IMG/VR virus record: IMGVR_UViG_3300048837_000398
Location: 1 to 64,000 of that record
DNA length: 64,000 nucleotides
Source: a virus
Direction: 5' to 3' (one strand)
Positions 42,116 to 50,023 of this stretch are shown here, piece by piece. How positions within the stretch are numbered: the stretch's first letter is position 1; every line of letters begins with the position of its first letter. The notes under the pieces were generated by a model. The model made no database searches. It was given only the letters and a program-made list of their open reading frames with translations, and was not told the origin of the DNA. The position numbers were made by a program, and so were the translations under genes.

Positions 42116-42346
42116 TTAGTTTCGAGGCGGACTCAACGGGTTGTCTCCGAAGATGACTTCCCACGCTTCCGCAAGTTTCTGTAGCTTGGCCTGCACCCCT
42201 TCAGGTGGGCCGTAGACGATCTGCCCAAGTTTCTCTTTGAGCAGTGTGGATGGGGTGATAGCCTTTCGAACTTTCACTAAAGACCCAAGAATGAGTCCTA
42301 AGATGAAAGCAAGAACGGCGAAACCCCCTGCGTAGATTGGTTCCAC
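42116..42346 (-). CDS. Small membrane protein
   Basis: N-terminal TM helix. Confidence 0.55.
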   Translation of the reverse strand: MEPIYAGGFAVLAFILGLILGSLVKVRKAITPSTLLKEKLGQIVYGPPEGVQAKLQKLAEAWEVIFGDNPLSPPRN

Positions 42347-42552
42347 TTTACAAGAGCGTTATACTCTGCTTGTGTTATTACGATGGACGCAGAATAGACG
42401 AACCTATCTTTGTCGAGGTCGTAATACATTAGCGAGAGTTGTGTGCGAATACCCATTATGTTTACGGGTAACGCAGCGTGACCACCAAGATCACGTTCGC
42501 GTACTACCTCGATAAACCCAAAGGGCGTGTAGACGAGTATCAGGGTCCCCAT
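42298..42552 (-). CDS. Hypothetical protein
   Basis: ORF in operon context. Confidence 0.5.
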   Translation of the reverse strand: MGTLILVYTPFGFIEVVRERDLGGHAALPVNIMGIRTQLSLMYYDLDKDRFVYSASIVITQAEYNALVKWNQSTQGVSPFLLSS

Positions 42553-42983
42553 CTGGAATTGAATAAGGTAAGCAAGTATGCACGTGCCTTATCAACTTGT
42601 GTCTTAGCACGTGCGGCCTTCCAGGCTGTGATGGGGGCGGGTTCATCTGCGAAATACAGGAGATAAGAGTCTCCGTAAATGAGATGGATACCGTAATTCG
42701 GCATATCGACCTCTAGAACGATATGTTCGTTGATCGATACTATTCTGTAGTAGAAGTTAGAGTCTAGCCCCCATACTTGGCGACCAAACTGCAACTTTTG
42801 TTCGAAACGTGTCGGAGAGCCCACCACAAATGTGTTGAGCTCGCCGGGCAGCGAGATGTTTAGTGTCGAATCAACTAGTCGAAACTGCGTATAGCAGACC
42901 GACGATTCGCACTTAGTTAACTTTAGAGTGTCCTGTGCTCCGAGCTGGAAGCTCAGGAGTAGGAGTAGGATCGTGTTTTTCAT
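42540..42983 (-). CDS. Secreted protein with SPI signal followed by Gln
   Basis: MKNTILLLLLSFQLGA/QDT, consistent with the Bacteroidota Q-rule. Confidence 0.6.
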   Translation of the reverse strand: MKNTILLLLLSFQLGAQDTLKLTKCESSVCYTQFRLVDSTLNISLPGELNTFVVGSPTRFEQKLQFGRQVWGLDSNFYYRIVSINEHIVLEVDMPNYGIHLIYGDSYLLYFADEPAPITAWKAARAKTQVDKARAYLLTLFNSRWGP

Positions 42984-43230
42984 AGTAAAGGCTGAGCACT
43001 AAAATTGTTAAGACGATTAACAGGATTTTAAGGAAGATGAACTTACGCTCATCTTCCATTATCTGGTAGCGCTCTTTCTCGCCCCGTGAAGAGCGTGAAA
43101 TGAGTGACGACATCTCTTCGTGCTGACGCTTCAGATCAAAGAGCCCGAATCCCGTAAGGAATTTGATGGCCCAGATTGTAGCATAGGCAGCGAAGAACAA
43201 CAGTATTACTTCCCTAGCGGTCTCCAGCAT
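42913..43230 (-). CDS. Membrane protein with two TM helices
   Basis: Two hydrophobic helices. Confidence 0.55.
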   Translation of the reverse strand: MLETAREVILLFFAAYATIWAIKFLTGFGLFDLKRQHEEMSSLISRSSRGEKERYQIMEDERKFIFLKILLIVLTILVLSLYYEKHDPTPTPELPARSTGHSKVN

Positions 43231-43362
43231 ATGCGTTAGAGATGCAGTAAAGGTAGCAAAGGATGAATACTAAGACGAGTAGAGGATTGTTCGCAATGAG
43301 TACTAAGAGCTCCCATACTCTGGAAGCTATGAAGCACATAACGAGTAGTCCGCCGATAACGA

Positions 43363-43617
43363 TCACCCATCGCATAGGATAGCTTTTGCGGCGTTGAGCG
43401 CGCCGTATCCACGTGTAAGAAGCTCAGACTTAGGCATGAACTTGCCCATCTCTGTGTAGAACTCTCGATGATTATCGAAGAGTGCTGTGAGGTAGAGCAC
43501 CCCATACACATCCGCCTCGATAAGATGACGCGAGAGTTTGCGAGCTAGGCGGAGGATGGCCTGCTCTTTCGTTTCGGCATCTACGACGACATAGGTGCCC
43601 ATCAGAAGTATCTGCAT
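43363..43617 (-). CDS. Hypothetical protein
   Basis: ORF in operon context. Confidence 0.55.
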   Translation of the reverse strand: MQILLMGTYVVVDAETKEQAILRLARKLSRHLIEADVYGVLYLTALFDNHREFYTEMGKFMPKSELLTRGYGALNAAKAILCDG

Positions 43618-44081
43618 AGCGTCAAGTACTTGCGGGTGAAGAAATAGAATACTCGGCCGCGAAGTTCGTAGACGAAATAATCCTCGTCTTTGAACATGAT
43701 GTCTGACGGTGTTACACGGTCCAACTTCACACGTTTGCCTTGTGGTGGCAGCGTATAAAGCGTAGATGTCGTAGAGTCGTACTGGAATGCCGTGGTGTAC
43801 GCTGGGTACACCTTGTAGAACACACCATCGTGCGAGGACGTACCAAAGTGGTAAGTCTGGCTACAGAGGGTTGTCGCAAAAAGCAGGAGCGCAAACACGA
43901 CTCCGCACTTAGGGCACGGAATCACTGTGTTGTTAGTCACAAGTAACCCGTCACCGTCAGGCGAACCACAAACCTCGCATGGTGCAGGGAGCTGCTCTTT
44001 TTCTAACTCCTCTGCTGGAGTGGTTGTGAGTGGGTCGGATTTCTCGAAAGAGTCCTCCCAAAATGCTATGATCCTGCTCAT
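43602..44081 (-). CDS. Protein with Zn ribbon, TM helix and exported domain
   Basis: CEVC...CPKC followed by VVFALLLFATTLCS/Q. Confidence 0.6.
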   Translation of the reverse strand: MSRIIAFWEDSFEKSDPLTTTPAEELEKEQLPAPCEVCGSPDGDGLLVTNNTVIPCPKCGVVFALLLFATTLCSQTYHFGTSSHDGVFYKVYPAYTTAFQYDSTTSTLYTLPPQGKRVKLDRVTPSDIMFKDEDYFVYELRGRVFYFFTRKYLTLCRYF

Positions 44082-44347
44082 AGCTCTGAAATTGGAATAC
44101 TTTCGAAGATCGTACGGTGGTACACCGTTTGTTGCTCGTCCTGCGGAATCAGGGCGGTAGTGACGTGACCATCAAAGTCATTGAGGTCACGATCGATCGG
44201 TGCGCCATGTGAAGCCGCAATGGTAGCAGCCTGAATGGCGTTGGCTTGCTGGATAGAGGGGATCTCTTGCGAGACTTCTACCTCTCCAGTTGCAAGGTCG
44301 GCCTTGACTATGACCGCCTTGGGCTTTGACGAGAAGAATTCGAACAT
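44078..44347 (-). CDS. Hypothetical protein downstream of the hammerhead ribozyme
   Basis: ATG follows an AT-rich leader; ATGA overlap with the next gene. Confidence 0.6.
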   Translation of the reverse strand: MFEFFSSKPKAVIVKADLATGEVEVSQEIPSIQQANAIQAATIAASHGAPIDRDLNDFDGHVTTALIPQDEQQTVYHRTIFESIPISEL

Positions 44348-44371
44348 AATCTAAAAATTTTTGAGGAACCT

Positions 44372-44425
44372 GCCATCATCAGTGCGAGTAGGTAATCTCT
44401 CGCAGACGTCTTACGACGTTTCGGC
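44372..44425 (-). ncRNA. Type II hammerhead ribozyme
   Basis: Minus strand GCC-GAAA-CGTC-GTAA-GACG-TC^-TGCGAG-(AGATTACCTA)-CTCGCA-CTGATGA-T-GGC. Complete core, GUC cleavage triplet, three stems. Confidence 0.9.
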
Positions 44426-44759
44426 TAAAATTCGGGCAAGCTGGCGGATTGACTTACTTGTGGCCCTCCCCGATCTTACGACGGGGGAGGGCGCTAACCA
44501 ATAACGTATGTCTTTAAAAAAGCTCTCACCACCCCTCGTTTGGAGCGACGAGAGCTAATCTCATGAATTGTGTGGACAGCAGGGGGAATCGACCCCCTTC
44601 GCACTTATGCACTGTTCTTTCTCTCGTTAGAGAGCATGACTAGTGCGAACAGGCCACGGTTTAGACCCTTAAGCTAAGAGAGCCATCACGGCGTTGTACT
44701 GCGACATGTTAGTGATGAAAAAATGAAGGTTTCAGTATATACGCCTACAACTTAGATGT

Positions 44760-45125
44760 TTATTTCTTGATTTCGATAAGTGGGTAGAGTCCCTGTAACT
44801 CGCGGGAGGGCTCTTCGGCCCACCGTGCAATGATTGCTCCATTGGGCAACCGCTCGGTAGCTACGACGTGGTCGGGGTGATAACCCAGCTCACGGATCTT
44901 GAGACAGAAGTGCCCAAACGCCTCTTTAGACGTTTCTATTGGGGCATTCAACTCGTGGAGTTTTCCGAGTAAGTCTTCGCAGCTTACTGCGGGTGAGCTC
45001 CTAAGGTAGTCCTCTAAGCCAGAGTAGTTCTCCGCAGAGACGATCTTATACTCGTAGCCTGTGAAGTAAATGAACCGGAAGATCTCACGAGCATTGTTGA
45101 AGAATAGTGGTGTGTACATTACCAA
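44760..45125 (-). CDS. Hypothetical protein
   Basis: ORF with AT-rich leader. Confidence 0.55.
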   Translation of the reverse strand: MVMYTPLFFNNAREIFRFIYFTGYEYKIVSAENYSGLEDYLRSSPAVSCEDLLGKLHELNAPIETSKEAFGHFCLKIRELGYHPDHVVATERLPNGAIIARWAEEPSRELQGLYPLIEIKK

Positions 45126-45183
45126 ATACGTTAGTGGTTAGAAAAAAGGGTACTCACGCAAATGCGCTTTCCCCCGTTGTTGT

Positions 45184-45570
45184 TTATGCTATCAATATTT
45201 TGACCAACCTTTCGGGGTTAGTCGCGTGTTCTTGTGGAAAGTCTTTTGGGAGCGCAGCGAGGAATTCAGGATAGACGCCTGCCTGCGCTCCGACTTCTAC
45301 CCATGTTGTAAAGTCTTTTTCGAAAAAGACCCCCTTACCGAGAAACGCGTTGAAGGCCTCTATTGCGATGTTGGGGCTTTGTACAGAAACAACAGCAATT
45401 GCTTCGCCGTTTAGGATAAAGCTGTTACATTGAGCCTTTGTGCACGCTAAGTACAGGTGCGCGTCTGTGTACTTACCATCGACCTTGCGATGGTCAATGT
45501 GTGTTCTGATGTGCATTACCATTGTCCTATTATTTATGAGTTTAGCTATATTATGCGGGTATGGGGGCAA
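45184..45570 (-). CDS. Hypothetical protein
   Basis: ORF in operon context; start uncertain. Confidence 0.55.
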   Translation of the reverse strand: MPPYPHNIAKLINNRTMVMHIRTHIDHRKVDGKYTDAHLYLACTKAQCNSFILNGEAIAVVSVQSPNIAIEAFNAFLGKGVFFEKDFTTWVEVGAQAGVYPEFLAALPKDFPQEHATNPERLVKILIA

Positions 45571-45577
45571 GGTGTGT

Positions 45578-46024
45578 TTATACTTTTATTGCGTTTAATG
45601 TTTCCAGTACTTCGGCTATTGTAGCCGGTTTTGCGTTGCGCAATAGCAACCAAGGTTTTGCGTTTGTACCTTCGCCGATTGTCCCACCTTGCGCGGTGAA
45701 ACTTTTATTTCCCATCGTGAACGCAACTAAATCGCAAGCGTGCAACTTTGTGGAAAACTCTTTTTCGGCCACAACGATTTTGCAATCAAATTTGATTGCA
45801 TACGTGCCGTTTGCATAGTCGCCGTTTGATCCTTCGGTCATCTTCGCAATGGGATTAAGTGCAATTGCGCTCAAAATCTCTACTTCGCGGGTTTGACCTT
45901 CAGCGAACAAAGCAGCAAGTTCGGCAGAATACGCGCCAATGGCGCGGGACTTCGGATTGACTACCAACCCATCTGCCAAAAGGCCGATAATTGAATGACC
46001 AAAACTACCCAGTTGAATATTCAT
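45578..46024 (-). CDS. Hypothetical protein, first gene of the leftward (early) arm
   Basis: 148-aa ORF directly after the divergent noncoding region. Confidence 0.65.
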   Translation of the reverse strand: MNIQLGSFGHSIIGLLADGLVVNPKSRAIGAYSAELAALFAEGQTREVEILSAIALNPIAKMTEGSNGDYANGTYAIKFDCKIVVAEKEFSTKLHACDLVAFTMGNKSFTAQGGTIGEGTNAKPWLLLRNAKPATIAEVLETLNAIKV

Positions 46025-46348
46025 ATGTGTGTATTTAATAAGATGTTAAAAAGTTTGTGAAAACTCTAAACACCCCTACCCCCATTTGTTCCGCAAAAGC
46101 GATAGCGGGGTATGCAGTTGGGGGCCATAATATTTATCGCACACACAATTTAGGCCAGCATATTTATCGCGCGCATAAACTATCAACAATTAACACATAA
46201 AAAATATTATTTGCTAGTTACGAAAAACGCAGAAAAAGGCACCCTACCCCCTCTTTTTGCGCAGAAAAGGGCACCCCGGCTCTCTTTTTTAAGTACCTAC
46301 TCCTCTAATCGAATACACACTAAAAATATTTTAAAAATAGTTGCTCTA

Positions 46349-46384
46349 AAATGCTAGCGTTTAATTTCCTTTTTATTATCTTTG
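46349..46384 (+). promoter_or_regulatory. Bacteroidota sigma-A-type promoter, copy 1
   Basis: -7 box TATCTTTG (46377-46384). Shares AAATGCTA...TAATTTC.TTTT with copy 2. Confidence 0.7.
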
Positions 46385-46389
46385 CACCA

Positions 46390-46734
46390 GTTAAAGTCCC
46401 CACTCTATTAGCATACGAGTGCACGGCCCAGAGAAGGTAATCCGAGGTATGGGTCCAGAAGTCGGTTTAGTAGTTCTAAATAGGAACGAGGTTTTCACCG
46501 ATAGGGCAAAAATGGTTAGTCAAGCAGCTTCTAGTGTTCGTACTGTTTTGCTATCGTTATCAGGGCTCCATATACAAGTGATAACGAAGTACGTAAGGTG
46601 TCTCTCACTGCTAGAAGTCAAGTGCCTAACTCAAGTTACTTTAGCGCCCAAAAATCGCTAGGGGGCTTGCTATATCGTTTTCTAAACTAGCGTCCTACGG
46701 ACGGAGGCGCTTCCGCCTAAATGGGGTGTCTTAA
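46390..46734 (+). ncRNA. Unassigned, highly structured RNA of about 345 nt
   Basis: Starts just after promoter 1. Closed by CCCCA/TGGGG, with nested helices such as TCGTTATCA/TGATAACGA and CTTCTAG/CTAGAAG. Confidence 0.5.
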
Positions 46735-46757
46735 ATTATTTTCCTTAAAAAGCGCGC

Positions 46758-46794
46758 AAATGCTACTACTTCTAATTTCTTTTACGTATCTTTG
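46758..46794 (+). promoter_or_regulatory. Bacteroidota sigma-A-type promoter, copy 2
   Basis: TATCTTTG at 46787-46794, upstream of the rightward operon. Confidence 0.7.
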
Positions 46795-46863
46795 AGGAGC
46801 GTTAAACGAATACGTACATTCTAAGTCTCTACGAAAAGCTCTCGTCTTCTTTCTCTACCTCTA

Positions 46864-47268
46864 ATGTCTCTAACGTTTCCTACACTTTCTCCTAAAGAGT
46901 TTATGACGCTGTTCCTCAGGACTCTCTCGTCTCTACGTAAAGAGAAGCTGTCTCCGCAAGAGTTAGACATGCTCGTGGCTTTCTCGCTTCTTCCTCACAA
47001 GTTTACGTCTTTTCCGTTCTCTACTGTCGGCAAGAAGAAAGTAGCTAAGCAGCTAAAGATTTCTAATCAGGCTCTTCATGCGCGCATCTATTCTCTTCTC
47101 AAGAAAGGGTATCTACGTAAGGATGAAGATGGTGTAGTGCTGCTACCAGCGTTCATACATCAGACCCTTACCTCTTTCTTGAAAGGGTCGTACGCACTAA
47201 ACATTTCGTTTACTCTTGATAACTCAAAAGACTACTCGTCTCTTACACGAGACTTCCCAGCTGACTAG
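46864..47268 (+). CDS. Winged-HTH DNA-binding protein
   Basis: KKVAKQLKISNQALHARIYSLLKKGYL helix-turn-helix with wing. Confidence 0.7.
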   Translation: MSLTFPTLSPKEFMTLFLRTLSSLRKEKLSPQELDMLVAFSLLPHKFTSFPFSTVGKKKVAKQLKISNQALHARIYSLLKKGYLRKDEDGVVLLPAFIHQTLTSFLKGSYALNISFTLDNSKDYSSLTRDFPAD

Positions 47269-47497
47269 CATTCCTTACCATATTATCGAACACGTGATTC
47301 ACCACCAGTTCTTTTGGATTGCTACTCAGCTATCTCTTCCCACCTCTCCGCACTTCAAAGTCTACCGGCTAGGCTCGTTTCATCTGCCTAAGGCCGCGCT
47401 CATCCACAGACTTCGAAAGTCGCTCCTCATACTTAAACGCAAAGCTTCCACTCCTTCTTACGAGGCTTTTATCAGAAAGTTCATCTCTACAACTTGA
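47216..47497 (+). CDS. HU/IHF-like DNA-binding protein (terminal TGA may be read through)
   Basis: Helix-helix region followed by FKVYRLGSFHL. Confidence 0.5.
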   Translation: MITQKTTRLLHETSQLTSIPYHIIEHVIHHQFFWIATQLSLPTSPHFKVYRLGSFHLPKAALIHRLRKSLLILKRKASTPSYEAFIRKFISTT

Positions 47498-47507
47498 CCA
47501 CTTCGAC

Positions 47508-47744
47508 ATGAAGCAAAAAACTTTTCAGACACAGCCCAAATCCGCTATTGATCCACTGCAACTCCAGCTGCTACAGCACAATGTGCACCTCGATACGCTA
47601 AAGGTACTTACAAGCGTACTACAAGCATCTACGCCTAATACCCTTCTTCACGACACTACTTCTACTCTCATTCTTCAATTCTTAGAACCGTTCAAACATG
47701 GAAATAGCGAACCTATCACTGATGGGGAATCGAGTGCTGATTAA
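47508..47744 (+). CDS. Hypothetical protein
   Basis: ORF in operon context. Confidence 0.5.
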   Translation: MKQKTFQTQPKSAIDPLQLQLLQHNVHLDTLKVLTSVLQASTPNTLLHDTTSTLILQFLEPFKHGNSEPITDGESSAD

Positions 47745-48075
47745 GCTCGACGAACACCCAGATCACACCGTCACTTCTACAGGTATAATTGTGCCTGACT
47801 TCACTCCGTCCTACACTGACTCAGGTCGACCAAAAGACGAGCTCTCTAAGCTTAAGCACCTTTTTAAGGGTACTGTCCTCGCTCTCTCGCCCATCGCCGC
47901 CCAGAAGCTCGCTGAAGAGTCTACGCCTCTGTCACCTTCCGACAGAGTCTACATTTCACAACAAGCTTTCTCAGACTCGTACCAGTTTTTTCTGAATCGT
48001 GATGCTATCACTCTTCCTTTCGAAGGTCTCATCGCAATACCTCACTCTCTAATCGAAGCTAAAATCAATGGCTAA
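47698..48075 (+). CDS. groES: GroES-like co-chaperonin
   Basis: LMGNRVLIK...TSTGIIVPD...KGTVLALS; longer than bacterial GroES. Confidence 0.75.
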   Translation: MEIANLSLMGNRVLIKLDEHPDHTVTSTGIIVPDFTPSYTDSGRPKDELSKLKHLFKGTVLALSPIAAQKLAEESTPLSPSDRVYISQQAFSDSYQFFLNRDAITLPFEGLIAIPHSLIEAKING

Positions 48076-48409
48076 AACTATCACTTCACTCACTAAGGAA
48101 CTCTCGACAGCTCAAAAAGAGCTTTCCACCCTTTCTCTTCAGATCTCTACTCTCTCTACTGAGAAAGAGCAACTCACCGCCGTACTCCAAGAACGTCAGC
48201 GTTTGCTCGAGTACGTAGCATCTATTCTTCTCGAGATTCAGACTAACCTCGAAAAGTATCCAGCTCTCTTAAACATTCCGTCTAAAATCAAGATCTTCTG
48301 GGTAATCTCTAATCTTGGCTCAATCATTTCTTTCCTTACTTTCCTCATTTCCAAGATCAAAGAGTTCGCAACAAACATCAAGTTTAATAAGGATGCTCCT
48401 GCTCAATAA
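48068..48409 (+). CDS. Protein with coiled coil and C-terminal TM helix
   Basis: Heptad repeat followed by a hydrophobic helix. Confidence 0.6.
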   Translation: MAKTITSLTKELSTAQKELSTLSLQISTLSTEKEQLTAVLQERQRLLEYVASILLEIQTNLEKYPALLNIPSKIKIFWVISNLGSIISFLTFLISKIKEFATNIKFNKDAPAQ

Positions 48410-48887
48410 CTTTGATCCGTCACAAGACTTTTGGCTCTCTAATCCGCAAGCTCAAATCATCTTCGCTGACTACGTCAACACTCCTTCGTCACACATGTGG
48501 GCGGCTCTGCTCTATGCTCATCCAGAGTCAAAGCTGTTTAACGAGTCGCCCACGTCTCGACGTCTACTCATCATCGAAGACTATTTAAAAGACCCCTCTT
48601 TCGATTGAGACTCTCTTCTTCCACTCATCGAAGCTATCAAAAGGCTAGCTCTTTCTAAGCCTCAACAGCTTCTTCTCAACTGGGAGAAGCGTATGTACGA
48701 ACGAGAAGCTTTCATGGATTCGACCTCCTACTCTCAAGAGACGTATCAGATGAAAGAGCAGATGGCTAAGGAGACTCCTAAGATGTGGCAATCTTTTTTC
48801 CAGATACAAGATCTCCTCTCGAAAGAGAAGGCGTCCGTCACTGAAGGAGATATCGAAGAATCGCTCTCTGAAAAAGGCTTAATCTAA
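48393..48887 (+). CDS. Hypothetical protein of the structural module (in-frame TGA at 48606-48608)
   Basis: MLLLNNFD...DPSFD*DSLL is in frame with ORF 48693-48887. Confidence 0.7.
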
Positions 48888-48892
48888 CGCAC

Positions 48893-49039
48893 ATGAAACG
48901 TCACTATTCTTCGAAACTAGACAAAGATGAAGCTCTAGCTTCGTACTCTCCACCACCCTTACCAAAGTCTCCGACTCCTCCAGCAAAAGATTCTTCTCCT
49001 ACACTTTGGCAAAAGCTAAAAAGGGTCGTATCTTTATAA
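48893..49039 (+). CDS. Small Pro-rich hypothetical protein
   Basis: 48-aa ORF MKRHYSS...WQKLKRVVSL. Confidence 0.4.
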   Translation: MKRHYSSKLDKDEALASYSPPPLPKSPTPPAKDSSPTLWQKLKRVVSL

Positions 49040-49047
49040 CATCAACC

Positions 49048-49279
49048 GGGGATGAACCAGGCTCGACTAGTTAGCTAGTATCTTTTAATCGACAATTACC
49101 ACTTCACTCTTGGCCTCGACATAGATCAAGATCTGCTTCTCTCTGTAGCGGATGAAACAACAGAGACAGTACCGTCCACATTACAAGAAGTTTTAGTTTA
49201 ATCACCACTCACACGCTTACCCACACGCTAGTAAACTAGCCTACTAACTAGGACGCGGGGGCAGTGCCCGCCATCTCCA
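49048..49279 (+). ncRNA. ssrA: tmRNA, compact (about 232 nt)
   Basis: 5' GGGGATGAACCAGGCTCGAC; 3' GGACGCGG-GGGCAGTG-CCCGC-CATCTCC-A; G3.U70 Ala determinant; P2 CTAGTTAG/CTAACTAG; resume context TAATC/GAC. Confidence 0.85.
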
Positions 49280-49814
49280 AGCGCCTATGCGAATTAAAGA
49301 AAAAGTTTGTTCTAATTGTCTTCAAACTTTCAAACCAACGTCGCGGCATCGACTCTGTCCTAAATGCAGAAACTCTCTCTGCAGGAAGGAATGCCAAAAT
49401 TGCGGACGACCTATTCAGTGTAAGTCAAAATATTGCGTACTATGTTCTAACAAATTAGAGCCGCGCAATACTTCACCACTAAAGATCAGAGCCGCAAACC
49501 ACGCTTTGAATAAAGCCCGTTCTCGTCACCACGTAGTAGACATAACTGCTGACTATCTAATAGAATTATTAGAACACCAACAGTCTAGGTGTGCTTATAC
49601 AGGTTTACCGATGTACTTACCTACATCTACTAAGTCTTGTGAAGATAAACGGTTATGCGCATCTTTGGACCGAATCGACTCCACCCTACCATACACAAAA
49701 GGTAACGTACAATGAGTAGTCGTACCAATTAATCTAATGAAAAATACTATGTCTGACCAAGACACTCGTGAATTTATTTCGTGGCTCAAGAATTCTTAGT
49801 GCCCGCCATCTCCA
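49263..49814 (+). mobile_element. Free-standing homing endonuclease cassette flanked by a 17-bp direct repeat of the tmRNA 3' end
   Basis: AGTGCCCGCCATCTCCA occurs at 49263-49279 and 49798-49814; only the distal copy is followed by CCA. Confidence 0.8.
49287..49799 (+). CDS. Cys-rich HNH-like homing endonuclease (in-frame TGA at 49713-49715)
   Basis: N-terminal CxxC pairs; QQSRCAYTG; SLDRIDS...YTKGNVQ*VVVPINLMK. Confidence 0.85.
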
Positions 49815-49816
49815 CC

Positions 49817-50023
49817 ATGACACGACTCGACGCAAATCTCGCAATTATCGACATCATCGCTTCTTACGCTAAGGCCTATCCGACTCTCAGATTCGGACAG
49901 ATCCTTACTAATCTTGACGTAGCGACACATCGCACATCTGACCACGGCTACCTCGACATTTTCAACGAAGAGCCTCAGTCAACACTTCAAAGAGTTACTG
50001 ATAGTTTGCCGAGGATTGACTAG
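49817..50023 (+). CDS. Hypothetical phage protein (YPTLRFGQ family)
   Basis: MTRLDAN...YPTLRFGQIL...DIFNEEP. Confidence 0.6.
   Translation: MTRLDANLAIIDIIASYAKAYPTLRFGQILTNLDVATHRTSDHGYLDIFNEEPQSTLQRVTDSLPRID

Noticed and set aside
46390-46420. RNase P RNA suggested by AAAGTCC
   Set aside because: The other universally conserved RNase P elements could not be placed.
46419-46661. 80-aa ORF in the divergent region
   Set aside because: GTG start, no recognisable features, and it lies inside a densely base-paired element.
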